Source of the DNA: Octopus sinensis
Lineage: Eukaryota
Reading direction: 5' to 3'
DNA: 64,000 bases
NCBI RefSeq assembly: GCF_006345805.1
Contig: NC_043009.1
Location: 19,840,001-19,904,000 of the forward strand
Part shown: in pieces, positions 54,943 to 64,000 of the stretch
Numbering within the stretch: the stretch's first letter is position 1
How the letters are laid out: the number at the start of each line of letters is the position of its first letter
Program-made: the position numbers and the translations under genes
Notes under the pieces: generated by a model
What the model was told of the DNA's origin: nothing
Database searches by the model: none
The model's input: the letters and a program-made list of their open reading frames with translations, nothing else

Positions 54943-55110
54943 ATCGAAAAATACCTTAGGAATGAGAACCCAGGTTCGAAATTTCCCCAAGATGAAGGCT
55001 GGAGGGTATATCAGTCGAAATGTGTTAACAACAAACAAGATGAGGACAAATATCCATCAAATGTAAGTAACGTCGATAATTCCTCTTCTCTTAAATATAG
55101 AACTGGAATA
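54943..55110 (+). mobile_element. short repeat with a decayed hammerhead core
   Basis: ..AAGATGA-AGGCTG-loop-CAGTC-GAAA..: stem II and GAAA are present, but the CU of CUGAUGA is missing. Confidence 0.4.
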
Positions 55111-55364
55111 ATGACAATACTTCCTTATGTTCTGGTTTCAAGTCTTACCAAGGATACCTTTATCCCTCATCTTCCTGAGGTTGATAAAATTAAGTACCAG
55201 CCAGGGAAGGAGTGGACATAATCTTTGTCTGACTGCTTCCCGTACAATGAAATATCTTTGTTAGAAATTAATAATTAATGAGTGTTAGGGTATATTTGCA
55301 GAGGATTATTTAAGCTGGTCTCAAAAGACACACAGACAAACCAAATGAAGTATGTTTAAGGAAT

Positions 55365-55560
55365 GTGATGGTGCATGGTCTGGTGGTTAGGCTGTTGCAC
55401 TCATAATCAAAAGGTTGTTGGTTCAACTCCCAGACCAAGCAGTACATTGCATCCTTGTGCAAGACACTTCATTTCACATGCTTCCATTCCCGTTCAGCTA
55501 AAAATCACTTCTATTTGCTGCAGAATGGGCTCTCACAAACTGTTGGTCCACAATTGAATT
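55365..55560 (+). mobile_element. tRNA-headed SINE fragment
   Basis: TGGTCTGGTGGTTAGG (A box), GGTTCAACTCC (B box), then CCTTGTGCAAGACACTT. Confidence 0.6.
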
Positions 55561-58239
55561 TCCAATTCCAATGCTTCATTTTATTTAACCAGCATTAGTG
55601 AGGTATTGGGGCTCATGAACGATATATATATATATATAATACATTGTTGTCCATGGCAGTAAAAGGGTTCAGCCCAGTGCATGAAGGGGTCACAGCAGTC
55701 AGAGATATGATGGATTGTTTGTTTATTGTTTGTTGTCTTGTCAACACACCCACTGTCCCAACAAAGCCCCCATTTTTATTTCTTTACTGGACAAATCTTG
55801 TAACACAATGCCTGGACTAAATTCTACCTTCATTTTACCTAAAGTGCCATCTTTTATTTGAAAAAAAGAATGGTACCCAAGAAAGCCACAATGAACTGGC
55901 TGGAACTAGTAAAAATATAAAGAAGACATTTATTGACTGTGCAACACTAATTTACCAGAATTACTGAACTCAGGTGAGAAAACAGGTGTGAATTATGGAA
56001 TAAACTGTGTTTTGTTTATATCTGTAATGTCTGGCACCATTCAGTGATCCCTCAGCACTCACTTTTAAAGATACAGAAGCAAGTACTTCAAGACACAATA
56101 GATTAGAACGGTACCACTTTTTCATTAGCTCACAGTCGTCGACAGAATTAATACTGCCGGACATTGACGATGCTGTAAATTGTTTTGTAATCTTTGATGG
56201 CGTCATCAAATTGTTGATCTGTCATCAATCAAGGTGGTCACAATTATCTCCTGTTTTATTCATGATGTTGGATACAGATTGTTTACTAGGTGCCCTCAGC
56301 CATGGCCAGCTGAGTCCCAAATTCACAAAGGGCAAGGCTTTTACACCCTGAATCCCCTAAAACATTACTGCTCTCTGTTTTAGTCCCCAAAATTATTTAT
56401 GTTTTGTCACTAAACTCAGGTAAGCTGACATTTATTATCCTGCTGACCTTCAAAGCTCTCCACAAGTATTATTGAGACTTTGTTGATAATTAAAGGTAGA
56501 TGGGTGTGGGGTGGGGGAAGGTAGATGGGCAATGATGAAAAGAAGACAGAAGCCATGGGTGGTGGTGGTGTGTGTACTGTCCTCCAAAGGACTTGGAGAG
56601 ACAATTAGATTTGTTATGATTGGCAGACATAACAAAAGACAAGAAGAAGGCTCAATAGACAGAATGGACTTTCGCTTACTCCCTCCCCCTCCTTCTCTCT
56701 GTCTTTATATCAATGTACAAGTGTGTGTGTGTGTGTGTGTGTGTACTTCTCTCTCCTTTTATATTCACACACACACATACACTGATACACACATATTAGA
56801 GAAAGAGAGAGAAACAGGTAAGCAGTCAATGATAGTCAGTGTGTGTGTGAGTGTGTATGAGTATATACATATATTACTTATGTGTATATGTATATATCAT
56901 ATAGAAGTATCTATATGTATATATGTGTGTGTGTGTGTGCATATATATATATATCTATCATGTGTATATATATATATTATATATGTATACATACATACAT
57001 ATATATATATGTGTGTGTGTGTGTTTATGGACATACATATATACATATAAACGTATACATATGTGTATGTATATATTTGTGCCAATTATTTCTCTACTGT
57101 ATTGAGGAGACTTGGATATCAAGAAATACAGTAAATAAATAAAAAAAGAAAACAGTTACAAGAAGCAAAACACACACTCCCACCCACATTTAAAAGTTGA
57201 TCCACAGCAAAGTAAAAAAATACAAAAAAAAACACGTTTAAGACATGACAAAAAAAAATGCCCCTAAAAAAGCCCCCAAACAGATCTGAGTAAAATTGTA
57301 GACAGGACGCATTTCATGGCCAGATTACTTTCTATTGTGAATCTAGATTTAGTTTTATTTTCTTCTTGATGTTGGTGTTTTTCCCTTTCTTTCTCTCCGT
57401 CGTCCGGTGCAGCTCCTCCTGCCACCCCACCTACCTAACCCCACCCCGGACAGTTGTAGTCTTCCTTGGGAACGAATTAAACTTTTGTGCTGATTTCTTC
57501 TGGCTTTCATTATTACAAAGTAAACGGTGCCATATGTCCAATTGTAAGGAAAAAGCTAGCGTGATTAAAAAGGAGAAGGTAAAAAAAGAAAGAAAGAAAG
57601 AAAGAAAAGAAAAGAAAAGAAAGAGGTTCGTTAGTTAATTTAGTGATTGAGAGAAAAGGAGTTGGTGGTGATGGTGGTGGTGGTGGTGGTGGTGGGGGAT
57701 GTGGCATGTATTAAAGAATAATTATAATAGCAATAATTAAAATAAGAAAAACATAAAATAAAATGAGTAATTAAAAGATTTAAAATAGGAGAAAAGATTG
57801 GGAAAACCTGAATGGAAGGAAGCAGATAAAGTTGTGTAAACAATGGTTATGGGGGGTAGAGATAGATATAGAGAGGGCGGGAGAGAAGGGGACGGTGAGA
57901 TAGGGTGGGAGGGAGGGAGAGGGCAATAAGGTATTGAAGATGACAGGTAAAAATTGAAAAAAGATTTAATGGATTCCAAGGAAAAAAATGGAGTCAACAG
58001 ATTTTAAGACTAAAAATGCTTGAAATAAAACTAAATTTATTAAAAATTATAAAGTAAAATGATTTGATGTCGATTTATCAGGAAATTAATCTAAGTTGTT
58101 TCTAATATCACAGGATAACTTAAGGTACCTTGATAATAATTTAGTTAAGGTACTTCAGTGTGGTTTCTAAGTGTGAGAAGGAGGAAGAAGAGATGAAGAC
58201 AAGAGAGGATAAATAGAAGTTGTTATGGGACAACTTCCT

Positions 58240-58640
58240 GAGGGCTACAGATCAAATCTGGCTGGTGCAAACTATGCCATATATATATAACCGATCGTGG
58301 CCGTTGCCAGCCTACCCTGGCACTTAAAAAAGCACCATCCGTACGTGGCTGATGCCAGCACTGCCTTGACTGGCTTCTGTGCTGGTGACATGTAAAAAGC
58401 ACCAACCGATCGTTGCCAGCCTCCCCTGGCACCTGTGCCAGTGGCACGTAAAAAGCACCCACTACACTCATGGAGTGGTTGGCATTAGGAAGGGCATCCA
58501 GCTGTAGAAACACTGCCAGATCAGACTGGAGCCTGGTGCAGCCTCCTGGCTTCCCAGACCCCGGTCAAACTGTCCAACCCATGCTAGCATGGAAAACGGA
58601 CGTTAAACAATGATGATGATGATGATGATGATGATGATAT
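58240..58640 (+). mobile_element. family-4 repeat, opposite orientation
   Basis: GGTTGGCATTAGGAAGGGCATCCAGCTGTAGAAA..GGACGTTAAACAATGATGATG. Confidence 0.8.
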
Positions 58641-58677
58641 ATATATATCTTACCATTATTATCATCATTTCAAAGCT

Positions 58678-58872
58678 AGCAGAATTGGTGCAGAAGAAAG
58701 TGCTTAGCAGCATTTCTTCTAGTTTTATGCTCAGTGATCAAATTCCACTGAAGTCGACTTTATTTTCATCCTTTTGGGGTCCATGACATAAGTACCAGTT
58801 GAACCCTAGGATCAATGTAATCGACTAGCTTCTCCCCCAAATTTCAGGCCCCGTGCCTATAGTAGAAAGGCT
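58678..58872 (+). mobile_element. family-1 SINE
   Basis: CAAATTCCACTGAAGTCGACTTTATTTTCATCC..AAGTACCAGT..AAATTTCAGGCC. Confidence 0.75.
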
Positions 58873-58874
58873 CA

Positions 58875-58924
<50 letters not shown>

Positions 58925-60068
58925 ATTATTATTATTACTATTATTATTTCCTTATTACTGTAGCAATATTGTTGTTGTTATTGTACAGTAATATTACGGC
59001 AAGTTAACCAAAAAGGTGTTAGTATCTCTGTAAAACAAAGATGGAATATAAGAGAAACAGCAGCAGCAGCAATATTATGGATGGGGGACTTGTGACAAAT
59101 GAAACAGCTTCCTTCCCCCCACATCAATACCATTATTTACTTGGCTCTCAGTTCTTCAATAAACATCATTTCCCCAAGACAGCAAGGGTAGAGTTTTGCA
59201 GGCACCCCAGAGACTGTTCTCCATTCATTGGGTACTTAACATAAAACATTACAACACATCACCAGCAGCAGTAGCAGTGGCAGAAGCAGCAGCAGCGGCA
59301 GTAGCAGCAGCACTGGCTTGAATCTCTTTGAATCTTCAGAGTTTGTGAGAGTATTTACTCATTTGCTTTTAAGAGAGTTCGTGATTATCAAAATAACTAC
59401 AACAACAATAAACAAGAAAATAAGTTGAAACAAAAAATAAAACAAAGCAGTAAGCTATTTCTCTGAAAGTTCTCTGCTAAAAGCCATCCTTAATATTTCT
59501 TCTAAAATATATAAAAAAAAAAACCCCAAACATCCTTTAGAATAAAATAAAATGAAATATTTGTCACAGTTCTTATGTTGAGGAGAATAAAAAAAAACAA
59601 CAAACAAAATGGCCGCAAAGAAAAACAAACCAAAAAATAGGTAAAAAACGTAGAAAAAGTCCCTGTGTATTGATTTGCACAAACAAGCAAAAATCTAAAG
59701 GTTGTAATAATATTCTGTTAAAACTATTATCTATCTCTCATAAAATATCAAAGACAAACATAGATTTCGGTTGAGTTTCAATGGTTCTCCTTTTTGAATC
59801 TCTCATTCTGAGCTTTTCATAACAAAAACCATATTGTAGAGCTTTGATAGGTTTTTAATATCAGTTTGACAAGATGAGTTTTTAAATAGAGTTTTATGTA
59901 TATGAATGTGAATGTGTGTGTGAGGAGGGGTGGAGGGCTGTGCTATATATGTGTGTGTGTAAAGATATATACGTATATATATATATATATATATGTGTAT
60001 GTGTGTGTATGTATATATACACACACACACACACACACACATACACATATATATTTATATATATTTAA

Positions 60069-60103
<35 letters not shown>

Positions 60104-60364
60104 TATGATGATATATATATATATGGGAGACAGCATAAGTTTTTGCTATGTTATATTAAAACCATTCCTGTATTTAGTCATATTCTCTCAATAATTTTAT
60201 CAAATCCAACTCTGTCATCATCGATGCAAGACATCACAGTCTCATCTTCAGAATGAGGTGAGGTTGGTGCATGTTACTACCTCTTTGCACTAAGCAGAAC
60301 AAAAGGGATTGGTGTAAGCATTATTATTGGAATCTCAATTCAGATGGTGTGTATGTGTGTGTGC

Positions 60365-60429
<65 letters not shown>

Positions 60430-60782
60430 CGCGCGTGTGTGCGCGTGTGTGTGCGTGTGTGTGTTTGTGGTGAGGTGATATAGTGGACCATGTTTTATGC
60501 TGGATTGATTGTATTTCAGTCAGTATTAGAAATGTGGCTCAAGTTAACTTACAAATTCTGACAATTTGTTTTCTATCAATCAATGACAATTGGTAAATAT
60601 AGAACCGACAACGCCAAGTGCAGCACATACATACATATATATATGTTGGTTTAATGTAGACTTTCAGTTAAGGTGAAGATAAGGGGTGCAGGAAATATGG
60701 CCTTGCAATATCAGGAGTTTGGGAACTAAAATTGTTGATATAGATTGAGAGAGAGGAGAAATGAAAAAAATAGATTTCTTAC

Positions 60783-60978
60783 TTTGGAGATAAAACATCT
60801 GATTCTGAACTTGAGCGTTCTTTCATAATCGGTGCTTCAGGACGCATTGTTAAATGGTTTGCCATTGTCATTGACACTGGAGGTGACATTATGGGGTGAT
60901 TTAGTGGCATGTAGGGAAGGGCTCCAAGAGCATACGGATGATGAGGGTAGCCATTGAGAATATTTTTTCGTTCACCAG
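60783..60978 (-). CDS. DACH: dachshund homolog, internal exon (196 nt, phase 1 to 2): GERKNILNGYPHHPYALGALPYMPLNHPIMSPPVSMTMANHLTMRPEAPIMKERSSSESDVLSP
   Basis: Acceptor tttttatttttacag and donor GTAAGA. LPYMPLNHPIMSPPVSMTMANHL...IMKER resembles the post-DD1 segment of vertebrate DACH1 (LPFMMMPHPL...PPASVTMAMSQMNHL...VIKER; recalled, not aligned). Confidence 0.85.
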
Positions 60979-61653
60979 CTGTAAAAATAAAAACAAAAAA
61001 ATACATAAATAAACCCTCATAAGATATTTAAACAGTTTAAATTAAAGCATTTAACAATTTAAAAAGACGTATTTTATGAATTTTATTAAAATTTAACATT
61101 GAAAAATAATTGTATAATTGGTTATTCACACTTAAAGCAAAATTACTTATTAAACATGTCAGTGTGAGAAATAAAATGGACAATAAAGATGGAGATGGTG
61201 CATCAGCTTCAATAAGCTGATGTAAAATATTGAACAAAATCTTCTCGTGATCACAACAGCTTCCATTGTCAGTCATTATGACAAAAGATAAATGATTTGT
61301 ATGGCCATACTAATGAATGTTTTGTATATTGATCGACTGATTGTGAATGAGTCTTTACATATATAGACCATGGCTGGGTGTCGATGTTTTTATTATAACA
61401 GGAATTTACTGTTTATAGATTTATAGGACTGACTCAGTTATGAATTATATATATTCATACATACATATATATAAATACACTCACACACACACACATATAT
61501 ATATATACACACACACAGACACACATATATATATACACATATACACACATGTGTATATATTCCAAAACAATACAAACAATACATATATGTGTATGTGCTT
61601 GCATGTGTGTGCATGCAAATATATATGCTAATGTCTGTGTACATGTGTGTGTG

Positions 61654-61710
<57 letters not shown>

Positions 61711-62262
61711 GTATGTATTATATTGTATATATATATATCATATTGTATTATGTTATATATAATATATATCTCTGCTTTTAATATAAAAATATTTAAATGC
61801 TGCTTTAGGAAATAAACCTACGTGTGCACGCACACACACACACATGCATGCAGAGAAATATTTGCTATTCATACTAATTATGCTAACACCATTAGTATTT
61901 ATACTAATTATTTTAATTATCCTAATTATCCTTTTACAATAGGAACAGAGAAAAAAAGACAACCAACCACACCATATACTTATAATCACTCCCCCCCCAC
62001 TTCTGTTGTAGGGCAGACATAAAAGAAGCTGGAATGATATTAAATGAGAGAGAAGAAGCTACAATGATTTCCCATTGATATCCATGAAATATTGCACTGG
62101 AACTTCTCCTGGTGAATGGCGGAGTCTGAATGGAAACTGGGTCTATCATACTCAAAAGGTCTCATTCAATCCATGCTATATTGGACGTTAAAATCATGGT
62201 GAAAGATTATATGTATACATACATGGAGACTATATATATGTGTGTGTGTCTGTATTTATGTA

Positions 62263-62305
<43 letters not shown>

Positions 62306-62329
62306 TGTCTATGTGTATATGTATATATC

Positions 62330-62760
62330 ATCATCATCATCATCATCAAAATCATTTAACGTCCGTTGTCCATGCTGGCATTGGTTGGATGGTTTCACCA
62401 GGGCTGGCATGCTGGAAGGCTGCACCAGACTCCAGTCTGATTTGGCATGGTTCTCTACAGCTGGATGCCCCTCCTCACAACGCCAAACACTCTGAGAGTG
62501 TAATGGGTACTTTTACCTGTCACAGGCACAAGTGCCATTTGCGTGACACCAGTATCTGCCATGACTGTGATTTTGCTTGGCTTGATGGGTCTTCTTCTCA
62601 AGCACAGCATAATGCCAAAGGTTTTGGTGATTGCCTCTGTGAGGCCCAACACTCAAAAGGAACTCAGCCACTTTGCCTGCGTGAGGCCCAACATGCAAAA
62701 GATGTTCTTTACATGACACCAGCACTGGTGCACTTGGCTTGATAGGTCACTAGTCATTGC
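62330..62760 (-). mobile_element. family-4 repeat
   Basis: (CAT)n, then TTTAACGTCC..CATGCTGGCAT..CTACAGCTGGATGCCC, with an internal GTGAGGCCCAACA duplication. Confidence 0.75.
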
Positions 62761-63019
62761 ATCTGTGAGATCAAAGATCATGCTTCACAACTTAGTCCCA
62801 TGTCTTCCTGGGTCTAACTCTACCACAGGTTCCCTCAACAGTTAGAGATCGGCACTCCTTTACATAGCTATCCTCATCCATACACATCATATGACCATAC
62901 CAGTGCAGTCATCTCTCTTGCACACCACACCTGATTCCTCTTATGCCTAACTTTTCTCTCAAGATGCTTACACTCAGTCGAACATGCACATTACACATCT
63001 AGTGAACCATACTGGCATA

Positions 63020-63077
<58 letters not shown>

Positions 63078-63289
63078 GTGTGTGTATGTGTGTGTGTATA
63101 TATATATATATATGTATATATGTATATATATATATGTATGTATATATATATGTGTATGTATATATATATATATTATATATATATATATATGAATATATGT
63201 ATATAGTGTATATATATATATATATATATTAATATATATATATATATATCATCATCATCATCATCACACACAGACACAGACACCACACA

Positions 63290-63428
63290 CAATTTGCTTC
63301 CCAATCACATGGTTCTGGGTTCAGTTCCACTGCATGGCACCGAGAGCAAGTGTTTTCTACTATAACACCAGGCTGAAGAAAGTCTTGTGAGTGAATTTGG
63401 TCGATGGAAAATGAAAGAAGCCCATCAT
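63290..63428 (+). mobile_element. family-2 SINE
   Basis: CACATGGTTCTGGGTTCAGTTCCACTGCATGGCACC..GAAAGAAGCCC. Confidence 0.75.
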
Positions 63429-63454
63429 ATATACATATATATATATATACATAT

Positions 63455-63600
63455 ACATACCAGAGTAAGCACATTAATGTGAAACAAGGTGGCGAAAAAT
63501 AGTACTCAACTACAGGGGGTAGAGTAATATGCTTTATTAATAAAGCTGCTAAAACATCACAAAAACTGTTACTCAGAGTAACAGTTTTTGTGATGTTTTT
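63455..63600 (-). mobile_element. Penelope-pLTR-like fragment ending in a 24 bp perfect hairpin
   Basis: Shares GTACTCAA..AGAGTAA..TTTATT with the 19193 element. The hairpin spans 63551-63599 with a 1 nt loop. Confidence 0.4.
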
Positions 63601-63619
63601 GCACACACATATTATTATT

Positions 63620-64000
63620 ATGGCTGCCCCCTCGTTATCGAGTATGGCCATTGCACGAAGCTTAACTGTTACTGGTGCTGTGATCGAATGTGACTTTTTA
63701 GCCCAGCTAAAGATCTACAATGTCTTATACAAAATTGGCAACTAAGACCTTTACTGGTAATAGCTGGCTGTAGTTGTAACTGGGCTTCATGTACCTTTGC
63801 ATGTCGTTTAAGTTCTCCTGCCGAATTACACTCTCTTCCACATGCCTGACAGATATGATTAGTATGGTGTGTTACACCACCACCAGTGGCCAGGTTGTCA
63901 CTCATCTGTCTCGTTTTATGACTACGAAGATGACTCATGAGTCCAGCTTTACTGAGGCAGGGTCTTGCACAGACATTGCATGTCAGAATCAAAGGAAGAC
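63620..64000 (-). mobile_element. second copy of the same RTE LINE 3' end (runs off the window)
   Basis: ORF 63669-63992 (CNVCARPCLSKAGLMSHLRSH...CQFCIRHCRSLAGLKSHIRSQHQ) is nearly collinear with 11343-11720. It has the same 3' terminus GGGGCAGCCAT, followed by an (AAT)n tail. Confidence 0.9.

Noticed and set aside
55970-56209. 79 aa ORF with a GTGAGT donor as a dachshund exon
   Set aside because: An exon here must be phase 2 to 2. That frame has a stop before the donor and the acceptor lacks a pyrimidine tract.

Overview
AT-rich, microsatellite-saturated animal genomic DNA. The SINE families and repeat density suggest a coleoid cephalopod, probably Octopus (inference from recognition, not a search). 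The main content is the 3' half of a minus-strand dachshund (DACH/dac) transcription-cofactor gene. Four exons were read by eye at 60978-60783, 54279-54254, 32691-32482 and probably 27600-27568. They splice in frame and include the start of Dachshund domain 2 (SSIETLLLNIQGLLKVAAENAR). The DD1/Ski-Sno exons must lie beyond the right edge, and the expected DD2 coiled-coil exons could not be found. The rest is intron or intergenic DNA. It holds two copies of an RTE-clade LINE 3' end with three C2H2 fingers, older RTE and R4/Dong-like relics, a DD37D (maT) Tc1/mariner deletion derivative, many SINEs, several hammerhead-ribozyme-bearing Penelope-type repeats and several fold-back palindromes. Almost all ORFs in the supplied track are microsatellite artefacts. 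No prokaryotic features or CRISPR arrays were seen. Repeat coordinates are approximate; exon coordinates were counted.
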